Of a stretch of 64,000 nucleotides of DNA, positions 1 through 10,715 are shown in pieces. The notes beneath the pieces were generated by a model. It saw nothing but the letters and a program-made list of their open reading frames with translations, did no database searches and had not been told where the DNA came from. Numbering within the stretch: position 1 is the first letter of the stretch; every line of letters starts with the position of its first letter. The position numbers and the translations under genes are program-made. This stretch comes from Alphaproteobacteria bacterium. Its GTDB lineage: Bacteria; Pseudomonadota; Alphaproteobacteria; UBA7887. The DNA is taken from assembly GCA_965216755.1 (NCBI GenBank), contig CBDCGL010000011.1, positions 2,432,001 to 2,496,000 of the forward strand. Direction: 5' to 3'.

Positions 1-862
1 GCACTTTGCTGGATAAGTGATGAATATGATGCAGCCCGATATGGCCGGTCATCCATTGCAGTATGTTGGGCAGAAGGTAATACGAGCTGCCGCACAAGGC
101 GGCTTGGACGAAATCCCACTGGCCGGCGCGCCGCCAATACGTGTCCTCGAACTGATGCTGTATGAAGAACAGCCACACGCCGATCGCTGAACCGAGCATC
201 ACAAGGGGCAAATGGACTTTGATCATGGCAACCGGGCCAATCAGCAGGGCTAGGCCGGCGACGGCCGCGGCGATCGCCAGATTGGTCACCATAATACTGC
301 GCCACAGGCCTGTACGGATAAGCGGCAGGTCGCGCGGCAGACGATGTTTGATGACGAACAGATAGACCGGGCCAATGCCGAACAGAACGAGCGGATGGCG
401 ATAAAGCCGGTAGACCAGGCGGCGCCACCCGGGTAGCGCGCGGTACTCTGCCGCTGTCAATGTGTTGATATCGCCGATGCCACGACTGTCGAGATTACCG
501 GAGCTTGCGTGGTGCTCAGCATGAGCCCGCCGCCAATAGTCGTAAGGGGTGAGCGTGATAACGCTGATCGCGCGGCCGACGACATCGTTGGCGCGGCGCG
601 AACGGAAATAGGACCTGTGTCCACAGTCGTGTTGGATGATGAATAGGCGGACCAAAAAGCCAGCCGCCGGCATGGCCAGCAGCAAGGTTATCCAATAAGC
701 GTAGTCGTGGGCCAGCCACATACCAATCCACAAACCGACGAACACACCGCTTGTGACGGCAAGCTGGATAGTGCTACGCCAGCGAACCGCACGAAAGGCT
801 TTGAGCTGGCCAATCACGGTTCGGGGCTCCGGACAGGTCGGCGGCGCCACCTGCCGTGTCAC
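1..862 (-). CDS. Membrane fatty acid desaturase (DesA-like), 3' end runs off the window; start approximate
   Basis: Manual translation of one continuous minus-strand frame gives the three His boxes: RLFIIQHDCGH, HAEHH and HHIHH, plus GVWLFFIQHQFE. It is missing from the ORF track because its stop lies outside the window. Confidence 0.9.
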   Translation of the reverse strand, partial: MTRQVAPPTCPEPRTVIGQLKAFRAVRWRSTIQLAVTSGVFVGLWIGMWLAHDYAYWITLLLAMPAAGFLVRLFIIQHDCGHRSYFRSRRANDVVGRAISVITLTPYDYWRRAHAEHHASSGNLDSRGIGDINTLTAAEYRALPGWRRLVYRLYRHPLVLFGIGPVYLFVIKHRLPRDLPLIRTGLWRSIMVTNLAIAAAVAGLALLIGPVAMIKVHLPLVMLGSAIGVWLFFIQHQFEDTYWRRAGQWDFVQAALCGSSYYLLPNILQWMTGHIGLHHIHHLSSKV

Positions 863-900
863 GCGCTGATTATCGCCCGTGGTGCGAGATCCCGCTCGGC

Positions 901-1134
901 TCAAGTGGCCGAATGCCCCATTTTGCGGCGTCGCGACCGTGCCGCTGGCTGGCTTTCATCTTTGGCATGTGATGATGTCCCGGCTGCATCGCGCGCCAGC
1001 CGCGCGTCTCTTTGTGTCGCGAGCAAGACCTGGCGCCGCGCCGCCTCCCTTTCTTGAATCTGCTTCCATTCGGGCGTGTTTGGCTTGCTATCGTCGCCAA
1101 AAACGGCTGCGGCGAGTTTTGTGTGATGGGCCAT
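901..1134 (-). CDS. Small basic hypothetical protein between cspA and the desaturase
   Basis: ORF MAHHTKL...RDARLARDA, co-oriented between cspA and the desaturase. Confidence 0.5.
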   Translation of the reverse strand: MAHHTKLAAAVFGDDSKPNTPEWKQIQEREAARRQVLLATQRDARLARDAAGTSSHAKDESQPAARSRRRKMGHSAT

Positions 1135-1267
1135 GAAATGAGCGCTCCCTCCGAGCGTATTGGATGCGCGTCGAGGCCCGGTTCGTCCGGGCGTTGAGGA
1201 TGCGGCGGGACGAGTGCGTTCACGCACCTATCCCGCCGCGCGAATCGAATATTACGAAACGCCTATG

Positions 1268-1471
1268 TCAGGCGTTTTTCAGGTTATCTGCGGCAGACTT
1301 TCCGCGCTCCTGAACGACGTCGAATGAGATCTTCTGTCCTTCGACAAGCTCGTCCATGCCAGCCCGCTGGACCGCGCTAATGTGGACGAAGACGTCTTGG
1401 CTTCCGTCGTTCGGCTCGATAAAACCGAAACCACGCTGATGATTGAAGAATTTTACAGTACCAATAGCCAT
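1268..1471 (-). CDS. cspA: Cold-shock protein
   Basis: 67 aa; GTVKFFN, RNP1 GFGFI, RNP2 VFVHIS; GGAGG RBS upstream. Confidence 0.97.
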   Translation of the reverse strand: MAIGTVKFFNHQRGFGFIEPNDGSQDVFVHISAVQRAGMDELVEGQKISFDVVQERGKSAADNLKNA

Positions 1472-1975
1472 GAAGGCCTCCTTTGGATTTGAGTGAGCCC
1501 GATCCGCGCGCGATTATCTCGACGCGCGGCGCGGCGTATTCATTGGCTTCATGGATGTCTTGAGGAGACGCCCTCAGCGGGCGAGTCGGCAAGCGGCCGA
1601 AGCAAATAACTACCCACCTAGTGTGGGCCCCATCGCATCGGATTGCAAGGTCACCGAAATCCGATACCCGACATGCACAATTGAATCGGCCGTCTTCGCC
1701 ACGAAAATACCCATCGCGCATCAAATCCCCAAATCGCGGTCAGTTCCACCCACTCAACCACAACACGACGCCTTACTTTCCCCATAGCGTTAAACTCGCC
1801 CGCGGTTTCTTCCACTGCGCTTGTCCGACACCTGCCGTATCGGTGCCCGTCGCCACCTTCGAGCAGCGGCACGTGTCCTAGAACCCTTCACAAGCGCACG
1901 CATGTCGTCCGGCAGTGATTCCGGTCCTGAATTGGGGATCGCGCGGAAGAAACGGCCGAAGCAGGCAGCGAACGC

Positions 1976-2911
1976 CTATTCCTTCCAGCCCCAAGGGTCG
2001 CCAATTGTGGGATGTCCGACAACCGACCGCAAATCCCAATTCTGCGGCGACGCCAGCGTCTTGCTGCCACTGTGAAGAATACAAACACCGACAACGCCTA
2101 GATCGACGGCGTGGGCAAACTCATTTCGCCGACGCAGGATGTCCCAAGCCTCGCGCATGTCGTGTGACCACGATATATCGTCAAAAACGACAACCGCTCC
2201 GTCGGCCAGGTACGGCAAGAGTCGATCGAGATAATGGATCGTCGCGACTTTTTCGTGATGTCCGTCAATATACGCAAAGTCAATACGCTCATCGAGCGCC
2301 GGGAGTTCGCTGTCGATTGCCTCATCGAAGAGGCGATTGATGACCCTTGCATGTGGTCCGATCTGGGCAAGGCTCTCGGCGGCAATGCGCGCCAGAGCTT
2401 CCGAGCCTTCGACCGTGATGAGTGTTCGAACCGTTGGTGCCAAAGCTAAATAACTTGCCGAGATCCCGGCGCATGAACCCAATTCGAACACAACGTTTGA
2501 CTCGAAGCTTCGCGCGAGCAGATGAAGAAAAGTGCCCCAACGTTTGTCTTTGCCGGTTGCCGCGATTCGCTCCCTTGTGAGCTTCAGAACCTTGCCCGGT
2601 TTCGGCCGACGCGACTCCGCGTCTCCATCACCAACCGCGCTGCCAGGTTTCGGTGAATACCAAATCTCAATCTCTTTATTCCCGCGCGATGAAATCTCAG
2701 CGCGCCGTGTTTCTACCTTAGCAGCGACGACCTTCGCCGCAGGATCGAGCTTTCCGGTTATCAAATAAGTGAGCGGCAGCGAAAGTTCTAAAGGCATGCC
2801 GGATTCAACGAGCGACATCAATTTTGCTTGATTTCGCCCTCGTCGAGCCACCCGAGTTATCGCCGGCCCCACTTTCTTAAGGATTGTCTGCAGTCGTGCC
2901 TCCGTCGGCAA
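1976..2911 (-). CDS. Class I SAM-dependent methyltransferase (Methyltransf_24-like); start uncertain
   Basis: VFELGSCAGIS, ITVEG, DFAYIDGHH and VVFDDISW motifs. Confidence 0.85.
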   Translation of the reverse strand: MPTEARLQTILKKVGPAITRVARRGRNQAKLMSLVESGMPLELSLPLTYLITGKLDPAAKVVAAKVETRRAEISSRGNKEIEIWYSPKPGSAVGDGDAESRRPKPGKVLKLTRERIAATGKDKRWGTFLHLLARSFESNVVFELGSCAGISASYLALAPTVRTLITVEGSEALARIAAESLAQIGPHARVINRLFDEAIDSELPALDERIDFAYIDGHHEKVATIHYLDRLLPYLADGAVVVFDDISWSHDMREAWDILRRRNEFAHAVDLGVVGVCILHSGSKTLASPQNWDLRSVVGHPTIGDPWGWKE

Positions 2912-3187
2912 AAATGTCCGTGATCCTCCGACCGCATTGGGTCGGGTGGCTTGTTGTCACCATGCCCCACACCTTTGCGAGGTTACCATAATTCGTTCCC
3001 AACCAGTGATTTCAATCACCGGCGTTCTGGAAAAGATCGCATGCCCGAAAACGCCGGGTTGGGTCTCTCGGTCCTCGAATGTGCCAGTGAGATCTGTCCG
3101 GTAATTGGCCAACAAAGATAATTCAACCGTTTGCAATCGATTTGGGCGGACGCCGAAAGGTCTCTATTTTTTGTCGTGCTAACTAGA

Positions 3188-3215
3188 ATCTGATATAAGT
3201 TAAATCAGATACTTA
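3188..3215. promoter_or_regulatory. AT-rich inverted repeat overlapping an IHF-like site
   Basis: ATCTGAT (3188-3194) and ATCAGAT (3204-3210) are inverted; AATCAGATACTTA (3203-3215) fits the IHF consensus WATCARN4TTR. Confidence 0.4.
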
Positions 3216-3568
3216 GAGAAATCGCGATTCCCCGTATTTCACCGACTTGGTCGGCAAACAAGTGCCCGATCGGCCTCTTTAGCAGCCTCGGCTATCTCCC
3301 CTACGTGTCTAACGCCATGAATTGCATGAATTTAGTCCATCGTTGAGACGACAAGAGTGTGCCGTTCGGCGGTTTTGTCGCCGCTACCGCGCCAGCCTCG
3401 ATCAATGGCGCGACACGGTGCGTTTGCTGGCGATTGCGGTGTGCCCGCTTCCGAACAATCACTGGGTGATCAGCAGGCCCATACTGACGGTCCCGACAAC
3501 GCCGGCCACCTGCCCGATGCGTTTGCGATCGGTTTGAAAATGGCGGATGTTTAGGTCGACGCCGATTC

Positions 3569-4564
3569 TTATGGTACCGTGACCTGTTTGCCCGTTTTCG
3601 CCGACTCGAACACCGCTTCCATGACGGCCGTATTGCGAACCATCTCATCGGGCCTGATCGGGTAGTCGGCGACACCCGCTACAGCATCCGCAAACGCCTC
3701 CAGATTGTCGCGGACCGGCTGCGCGGCGGGCACGTCCTGGACCACGATGGCGTCTTCTTCGTAGCATGTCTGCACGATCCAGCCGCGCGGGTTCTCGACA
3801 TGCGCTTTGTCGCGGATTTCGATCCAACCCTTGGCGCCATAGACCGCGAATCGCGAGATAAACGGCGTGGCCGAAAGCGCGGAAACGAATGCAATAGCGC
3901 CGGACTTGTACTTCACCATGGCGCACGCGGCATCGCCATTCGGCATGGTCGAGGCAAGCGTTTCGGCCGAGGCCAGCGCGGTGTCAGCTTCGCCGAGCAT
4001 GGCGGTTGCGAGGTCGAACATGTGAATACCGGTCGCGGTCATGCCACCCGCGGGCGCATCGGTGGGCGCGAGCCGCCAATTCTCGCTACCCAGTTTGCAA
4101 AAACGATCATGGCTAAAATTCGCCTCGACTTGGAGTATTGTGCCCAACGTGCCGGAACGGACCGTGTTGAGCGCATCCGCGACCGGCGGCTCCCAGCGGC
4201 GCTCATGGCCGATGCCAAGCACCAAGTTGCCCGCCCGGCACGCCGCGACACTGGCTTCGGCACCGGCCTTGGTGAGAGACAATGGCTTCTCGCAGAACAC
4301 GTGCTTGCCGGCAGCCGCAGCCGCGCGGACCTGCTTGTCGTGCAAATTGTGCGGTGTGGCGAGGATCACCGCGTCGACCTCTTCGTCGACCAACGCGGCG
4401 TCAGAGTTGTCGAGGATTGGGAAATTGACCGTTCTGGCGACAGCCGCCGCAGTATCCGCGTCCGGTTCAATACCCATGACGATGGTCATTTTATCGCTGC
4501 CGGCAATCGAGGCCGTCAGCTTTTTGCCCCACCAACCGAGCCCGACAATCGCCACGTTAATCAT
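3569..4564 (-). CDS. Gfo/Idh/MocA family NAD(P)-dependent oxidoreductase
   Basis: MINVAIVGLGWWG Rossmann start, GKHVFCEKP, GIHMFD. Confidence 0.93.
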   Translation of the reverse strand: MINVAIVGLGWWGKKLTASIAGSDKMTIVMGIEPDADTAAAVARTVNFPILDNSDAALVDEEVDAVILATPHNLHDKQVRAAAAAGKHVFCEKPLSLTKAGAEASVAACRAGNLVLGIGHERRWEPPVADALNTVRSGTLGTILQVEANFSHDRFCKLGSENWRLAPTDAPAGGMTATGIHMFDLATAMLGEADTALASAETLASTMPNGDAACAMVKYKSGAIAFVSALSATPFISRFAVYGAKGWIEIRDKAHVENPRGWIVQTCYEEDAIVVQDVPAAQPVRDNLEAFADAVAGVADYPIRPDEMVRNTAVMEAVFESAKTGKQVTVP

Positions 4565-4619
4565 TGCAAACACCTTTTCAGATCGGTCTGGCGCAATGTG
4601 CGCGTATGAGTAGACGACG

Positions 4620-4849
4620 GTGGTCAAATTGAGCCGAGCGAAACTTGAATGTGAACTGCTCGATCGCCGAAAGTTCCAAACCAAGGCGGAGGCGCGCATG
4701 GCCATCTTCGAGTTCATCGAGGGCTGGTACAATCGCGGTCGACGCCACTCAGCCCTTGGATACAAGTCGCCCATCAATTACGAAAGGTGCGTCACCAAAC
4801 CGCTAGAATCTGCAAGCCTTTAATTGTCCACGAATACAGGGGAATTCCA
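4620..4849 (+). mobile_element. IS3-family remnant: transposase C-terminus plus right terminal inverted repeat
   Basis: LECELL...IFEFIEGWYNRGRRHSALGYKSP is the OrfB end; it is followed by TTGTCCACGAATACAGGGGAATTCCA (4824-4849), which ends in CA like an IS3 IRR. Confidence 0.85.
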
Positions 4850-4984
4850 GCCCCAGATCATGCTCTTCCAGCCACGGGCGGATGTCTGACATCAGCCCTC
4901 CGCCGCTCAGTTTACACGCGGCAATTCGCACGTGCAGCTACCCTCGGAACGATCAGTAATGGCTAACTTGACCCGTGGTCTAAA

Positions 4985-5010
4985 AGGGCAGAGCATGGCA
5001 GCTCTGCCCT
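4985..5010. terminator. GC-rich hairpin downstream of the recombinase gene
   Basis: Perfect 10-bp stem AGGGCAGAGC / GCTCTGCCCT with a 6-nt loop. Confidence 0.5.
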
Positions 5011-5015
5011 CAGAT

Positions 5016-5652
5016 TCAGACATCAACCTGTTCTGCGACGTTGGGCGCGTCGTCAACCTCAATTCCGAGATGTCGGACCGTGCTCTCGGTTTTTTGTATG
5101 ACCGAGCGGCAATTGAACGGCCCTGAGATTGCCTGTGCGCCGATCGATCAGGGTCGCCTTCGTTCGGCGCAGAGAATGGGTCCCAGACAGGGCGGGATCC
5201 AGCCCAATGCTGGCTATCCAGTTCGATACCAAACGGGCATATTGGCGGGTCGTGAGCCGGCGGTTTCTGCCCTTTCGGCCTGAAAACAGGAACTCACCCG
5301 CCTGCTTGTTGGCAGCTTTGCGGTATTCGTCGACGGCCTGTCGTGTCTGCTCGGCAATCTCGAATTTGATGGGTCGCTTGGTTTTCAGTTGGCGAACGGT
5401 CGTGCGCTCGAGGGCATAGCCATGCGGCGCAACATTTTCGACCTTTAGGTTGACGACGTCGCAACCAGGCAACTTACTGTCGTTCGCAAGATTGAATAAC
5501 GCCAAGTCCCGCACCCGTTTGGCCAACTGCAAGCGGATCCGAATCGCCCAAACATGCTTTGGCTGGAGGGGTGGTTTTGGGCTGATCAGCTTGCATTTGT
5601 TCCACGGACCACGTCGGCGGGCGATAACCCGAAACTGCCTGACATCCTGCAT
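5016..5652 (-). pseudogene. Short tyrosine recombinase/integrase, inactivated
   Basis: PWNK..KPPL, LALFNLA.DSKL(P)GCD, GTHSLRRTKA, LGHTK. A frameshift in an A run precedes ESTVR(H)LGIEVDDA. Catalytic Arg is replaced by Pro and catalytic Tyr by His. Confidence 0.85.
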
Positions 5653-6220
5653 CTGACATCTCCTTAAGCCGGAATTCAAAGCGAGTGATCAGATTGGATG
5701 GAGTGTGGGTTTGTTCAGACTGATTTACTGCTGGAAAAACGCCGCGATATGACCAAAACGTGCGCTGAGGGCATACCGGTCGATCATGGCCCTTTCTCGG
5801 CACCGGAACGCTTAGCCAGGATCAGTCATTCCAGATCGCAACGACTCCCGGGCGGTTGTGCGCGTGTCATGGCGTCGAGATGCGCGCGCGATTGTAGCCG
5901 TGCACACTGGTTCGGTGCCTTTGGCGGGGCGCACGAACGCCACGCTCTCCGATCTCCGTTATGGTATCCTTGGGCCGGCGGGAAATGGGCGATTGGCCAA
6001 CCGCGGTTCGGGAGCCAGGCGAGCTTCGGGTGGTCCGGCGCGTTTAGAAAGCCGACCATCTCTGCGAAGCTGTGCCAGACCCCAAGCTTTGCGTGGCACT
6101 GTAGGTGGTGAGTGACGCCGACACGACCCGGAGTCGCACTTGGATTCCGTGCTCAACATCCTAGGCAGAAAGCGCCCTGGCGGCCAATCGCAATCGGCCC
6201 GGAACAGGAGGGACACAAGC

Positions 6221-7564
6221 ATGCCCCAGTCGCCATTGACCCGTCGAGCATTCCTCGGGGCGGGCACGGCCGCGTTCGCATCGGCGCCATACATCAAGGC
6301 CGGCCGCTCTGCGGGCACATTGTCGTTGGGGCTCTGGGATCATTGGGTGCCCGGCGTCAATCAGGCCATCGAAAGTCTGTGCCTGAAGTGGGGCGCCGCC
6401 AACAACGTCGAGGTGACCGTCGATTTCATCACCAATATCGGCAACAAGCTTCTGCTGACCGCGCAAGCGGAATCGCGCGCGCAAACCGGTCACGACCTGC
6501 TTTATCTCCCCAATTGGGGTCCGACAATGTTCCGCCGGTCACTCGAGCCGCTCGATGACGTGATCGAGGAGATCGTGGCGGTGTACGGTCCAATCGATTC
6601 GACCGCAACCCATCTGGCGCGTCTGGACGGTGCCTGGCGGGCGGCTCCGGCGCCGAGCGGATCGCTGGCATTCGCGCAGGCGTCGCGCACAGATTTGTTC
6701 GCAGCCCACGCCGGGATCGACTTGAAGGCGGTCTTTCCCTTCGGCGGCAGCCGTGACCCTGGGCTGGTCGAAGGGTGGAACTACGATGCGTTTCTGAGTG
6801 CGGCGACGGCCCTGCATGACGCCGGCTATCCGTTTGGCGCCGGCATTGCGCCGACGCCGGACTCGGCGCACTGGTTGGGTCAATTGTTCGCGGCCTTCGG
6901 AGTGGTGGTCGCCGATGAAAGCGGCGAGCCGCGGATCAACTCCGAAGAAACACGGCTGGCTCTGGACTATCTGTCGCGACTGACCGCCGTGATGCCGGAG
7001 GGCGTCTATGCCTGGGACGATGCGGGCAACAATCGCTGGCTGATTTCCGGGCAAGGCTCGTCCATCTTCAATCCACCCAGCGCCTGGGTGGTCGCCAAAC
7101 GGGACAATCCCGCGGTCGCGCGCCACGTCTGGCACCACGACTCGCCGCGCGGCCCCGCCGGTCGTTTCCGCGCCATGTCGCCAGCCTACTGGGGCGTATG
7201 GTCCTTTTCCGGCAATATCGGCGCGGCCAAGGCGCTATGCCGGCACGTCAACACGCCGGCGGCCATCGGCCACATGCTGCGCGCCGCCCAGGGCTTCGAC
7301 TTGCCGGTGTTCCCGCGACTGTACGAAACAAGCGATGTCTGGGATGCTGCCGGACCGCCGGCCGGAACGCTGTACAATTATCCGCTCCGCGGCGATGAAG
7401 AGACGTACGTGGTTGGCTATCCGGCGCCGCCTGACCTAGCCTCGCACATTTTCGCGCAGCGATTTCATGCCAATCTGGTTGCGCGTGTGACCCAGGGTGA
7501 CGAAAGCATAGACGACGCGATCTCGTGGGCTGAAAACGAGCTTGAGGGATACATGCGTGGCTAA
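6221..7564 (+). CDS. Tat-exported ABC transporter solute-binding protein (carbohydrate/CUT1-like)
   Basis: Twin-arginine signal LTRRAFLG; SBP_bac_1-like motifs WDDAGNNR and NPPSAW; GGAGG RBS. Confidence 0.85.
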   Translation: MPQSPLTRRAFLGAGTAAFASAPYIKAGRSAGTLSLGLWDHWVPGVNQAIESLCLKWGAANNVEVTVDFITNIGNKLLLTAQAESRAQTGHDLLYLPNWGPTMFRRSLEPLDDVIEEIVAVYGPIDSTATHLARLDGAWRAAPAPSGSLAFAQASRTDLFAAHAGIDLKAVFPFGGSRDPGLVEGWNYDAFLSAATALHDAGYPFGAGIAPTPDSAHWLGQLFAAFGVVVADESGEPRINSEETRLALDYLSRLTAVMPEGVYAWDDAGNNRWLISGQGSSIFNPPSAWVVAKRDNPAVARHVWHHDSPRGPAGRFRAMSPAYWGVWSFSGNIGAAKALCRHVNTPAAIGHMLRAAQGFDLPVFPRLYETSDVWDAAGPPAGTLYNYPLRGDEETYVVGYPAPPDLASHIFAQRFHANLVARVTQGDESIDDAISWAENELEGYMRG

Positions 7565-7725
7565 CGCTCAGTGACGCTCTCGGCCCGTCGGACTCAGGGT
7601 CGACGCCAACCCATCTTTTGAGCGCCGTGTCCACGCGACAGCGACCAGCGACTTAGGGGCCGGTGTCCGTCTTAGGTCGAAAAGCGCTCCAGACGCGCAT
7701 TCCAGTGAGCAACCGGTCAGGTCAC

Positions 7726-8919
7726 TCAATAATTCCCATATTGGAGAATTCGGGTGTCGTTGTCCCACAGGCGGCCCAGGCTTAGCCCTGGTTTGTATGC
7801 GAATGGTTTCTTGGTCAGCACATCCTCGTCCAAGTCGACGCCCAAGCCCGGCTTCTCCGGAAGGTCGATAAAGCCATCCTTCGGTATTGGGAAAGATGGG
7901 TCCTTCAGGATCTCTTCATAGAGTGGGATGTCGCGCGTGAAGAACTCCTGTATCAGAAAATTGGGGGTCGACGCATCGACATGCAGATTTGCCGCGACCA
8001 TGTATGGCCCTTGCTCGGTATGCGGCGCCACGGGGGTGTAGGACGCGTGCGCCATGGCGGCGATTTTCTTCATCTCCAAAATGCCGCCGCAGTGGATGAT
8101 GTCGGGTTGGGCGATCGCCACCGCCTGTTTCTCGAAGACCTCCCACCAACGCCACTTGGTGACGATGCGTTCGCCGGACGCGACCGGGATCTTGATTGCG
8201 TTTCTCACTCGAGCCAAAGCGTCGACACTGCATTCAGGGCAGATCGGTTCTTCGAACCAATAGGGTTTGAACGCCTCGATATCCCGCGCGGCTTGGATCG
8301 CATCCTCAGGGCTCAGCCGGCCGTGGACTTCGATCAACAGTTCAACATCATCGCCGACAGCGCTGCGCACCGCGCCGACGATGTCCCGGACTAGGCGCGC
8401 ATCTTTTCTGGGGACGAAAGCGTCGCTACCGGTATGCCGCCACGGGTCAAACTTTAAATGTTTGAAACCCTTGGCGACCGCATCCGCAGCAAGCCTGCCG
8501 TAATAATCCAGAACGTTTTCGTTTGATTCGGACGGGTACGGGATGAACCACGTGTTGCCGTAGACCGGTATGCGGGGATGGCACGCGCCGCCCAGGAGTT
8601 TGTAAATCGGGACATTGAGGCTCTTGCCCAAAATGTCCCACAGCGCGATTTCAACGCCGGCCAGCGCATTGAGAAGCGTGTCGTCCGGCCGCCGGTAGCT
8701 ATCTCGATAAATAGTATTCCAAAGCAGCTCGATTCGACCCGGGTGTTGGCCGATCAAATAGTGTTCAAGTTCGTGAATTGTTGCTTCGCAGGCCCGCTCG
8801 CGCCCCATGCCGCCGGCCTCACCCCATCCGTAGAGGCCTTCATCCGTTTCGATTTTCACAAAAATCAAATCTCGAAAAACGCCGTCGTAGGGCAATGTTT
8901 TCACGGCCGTGATTTTCAT
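7726..8919 (-). CDS. Mandelate racemase/galactonate dehydratase-like enolase-superfamily enzyme
   Basis: VKIETDEG..GWGE, EIALWDI.GK, KxD (LKFD), EVHGR, WFEEP, SGER, QPD, APH. Confidence 0.9.
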   Translation of the reverse strand: MKITAVKTLPYDGVFRDLIFVKIETDEGLYGWGEAGGMGRERACEATIHELEHYLIGQHPGRIELLWNTIYRDSYRRPDDTLLNALAGVEIALWDILGKSLNVPIYKLLGGACHPRIPVYGNTWFIPYPSESNENVLDYYGRLAADAVAKGFKHLKFDPWRHTGSDAFVPRKDARLVRDIVGAVRSAVGDDVELLIEVHGRLSPEDAIQAARDIEAFKPYWFEEPICPECSVDALARVRNAIKIPVASGERIVTKWRWWEVFEKQAVAIAQPDIIHCGGILEMKKIAAMAHASYTPVAPHTEQGPYMVAANLHVDASTPNFLIQEFFTRDIPLYEEILKDPSFPIPKDGFIDLPEKPGLGVDLDEDVLTKKPFAYKPGLSLGRLWDNDTRILQYGNY

Positions 8920-9086
8920 ACTTTGATCCCCCCTCGCGAACGCGCCGGATGTCGTGTTCAAGGTTGGTCCGTACGCGCGATCCGGCAACAAACTTAACAT
9001 ACGTGGGAGGGCAAACGGCGTGCCAGGGCTCCGACAGTGGCATGCGCGTTTCGCAATTGTGGGGCGCGACAATATCGGCCCGTTGC

Positions 9087-10715
9087 TTAGGCATGCGACA
9101 GGATCAAGTCCGCGCATTTTTCGCCGACCATGATGCTGGGCGTATTGGTGTTGCCCGACGGCATGGTTGGAAAGATCGAGGCATCGGCGACGCGCAGGCC
9201 TTGCATGCCATGCACCCGCAATCGATCGTCGACCACCGCGTCCTTGCCCGGTCCCATGCGGCAAGTGCCGATCGGGTGGTAGGCGGTCTCGGCGTTCGCG
9301 CGAAGCCAACTCTCGATCTTGTCGTCGGTATCGATCGTGGGCCCGGGCGAAAATTCTTCTCCGCTGTAAGCCGCCATCGCGGGCGCGTCGACGATTTGGC
9401 GTAACATCTTAAAACCTGCGTTGGTTGTATCTCGGTCGATGGGGTCGCTCAGGAAATTGAAGTGGATCGCCGGCTGCTCGCGCGGATCCGCAGACTGGAT
9501 ATGGACAGTGCCCAAACTTTCGGGACGCAATTGATAGCAGGCGGCGGTCATCGCCGCGAAATCGTGCAGCTTACGGTGCTTGGGATCTTTCACCGCGTAG
9601 GGAACGAAAAACATCTGCACATCAGGCGTTTCGAGCCCCGTGCGGGTTTTCAGGAACGCGGTCAGCGGGGCTGACGGTAGGCTCAGAAAACCGGTCGATG
9701 CGGTGACGTATTTGAACAGCTCGACGGCGCCACGAACGCCACGCACCCGCCCGTTGTACGACGCGCTTTCAGCCTTCACGCGCAATTGTAGCCGCGCGAT
9801 GATGTGGTCGCGGAGGTTCTCGCCGATGCCGGAAAGCGCGTGGCGTACGTCGATGCCGCATGCCCGCAATATCTCCGGCCTGCCGATGCCGGAGAGCTCA
9901 AGCAGCTGTGGCGAGGCGATGGCACCGCCGCAAAGAATAACTTCGCGCTCGGCACGCACCTCTTCGCTTTGGCCGCGTCGTGCATAGACGACGCCATGGC
10001 ACCGCAGGCCGTCGAGTATGAGCCGCCGGGCCTCAGCCTCGGTGACCACGTGCAGGTTTGGGCGCTTCATCGCGGGACGCAGATAGCAGTGCGCGGTGCT
10101 CATCCGCCGGCCGCGCCAAATGGTCGCCTGGGTCTTGGCGATTCCTTCCTGGTCCGGCCCATTATAGTCCGGGTTGCGGCGATGGCCGACTTGTTCGGCT
10201 GCGTTGAACAGCGCATCGTAGAGCGGATTTTTGTCGCCCACCTCGGATACCCCGAGCGGCCCACCTTTGCCCCGCACGCCGTCCACGGCTTTGTCATGAT
10301 TTTCCATGCGCCGAAATAGAGGCTCGACGTCCTGCCAGCTCCAGCCGCGATTGCCACGCTGCGCCCAGGTATCGTAGTCGAGGCTCTGACCGCGTACGTA
10401 GACCAGGCCATTGATAGACGACGAACCGCCAAGAAGTTTTCCGCGCGGCACCGGAATGACCCGGGTGTGGGTCCCATCTTCGGGCTCAGAACGATAGCGC
10501 CAGTTGACACCGGGGTGATCGATGAACAGCCCAAAGCTCACCGGTAGCCGCGCTAGGGGGTGTCCCGCTTTGCCCGCCTCGATCAGCAGCACCCGGTTGC
10601 CCGGCTTGGCGGTCAATCGATAGGCCAGCGCAGAGCCCGCCGAACCTGCTCCAACGATGACATAGTCGTAACGTGCGTCCGCCAAATCTCTCACTCCCAC
10701 CACACGTTTGGTCAC
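9087..10715 (-). CDS. GMC family oxidoreductase (choline dehydrogenase-like)
   Basis: YDYVIVGAGSAG, PRGKLLGGSSSING, YHPIGTCRMG, GLRVADAS, SGNTN. Confidence 0.95.
   Translation of the reverse strand: MTKRVVGVRDLADARYDYVIVGAGSAGSALAYRLTAKPGNRVLLIEAGKAGHPLARLPVSFGLFIDHPGVNWRYRSEPEDGTHTRVIPVPRGKLLGGSSSINGLVYVRGQSLDYDTWAQRGNRGWSWQDVEPLFRRMENHDKAVDGVRGKGGPLGVSEVGDKNPLYDALFNAAEQVGHRRNPDYNGPDQEGIAKTQATIWRGRRMSTAHCYLRPAMKRPNLHVVTEAEARRLILDGLRCHGVVYARRGQSEEVRAEREVILCGGAIASPQLLELSGIGRPEILRACGIDVRHALSGIGENLRDHIIARLQLRVKAESASYNGRVRGVRGAVELFKYVTASTGFLSLPSAPLTAFLKTRTGLETPDVQMFFVPYAVKDPKHRKLHDFAAMTAACYQLRPESLGTVHIQSADPREQPAIHFNFLSDPIDRDTTNAGFKMLRQIVDAPAMAAYSGEEFSPGPTIDTDDKIESWLRANAETAYHPIGTCRMGPGKDAVVDDRLRVHGMQGLRVADASIFPTMPSGNTNTPSIMVGEKCADLILSHA

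Noticed and set aside
1-862. Desaturase as a frameshifted pseudogene (absent from the ORF track)
   Set aside because: Manual frame checks at 58, 658 and 778 show one continuous frame; it simply runs off the window edge.
3178-3205. Chromosomal dif site
   Set aside because: ATAAGTTAAAT resembles a XerD arm, but there is no credible XerC arm at the correct spacing.
5800-6110. Possible group II intron or IS110 fragment
   Set aside because: No RT or transposase motif and no domain V hairpin could be identified with confidence.
7726-9309. 527-aa extended dehydratase ORF
   Set aside because: The N-terminal extension overlaps the GMC gene; the true start is MKITAVK at 8919 with a GGAGGGG-like RBS.
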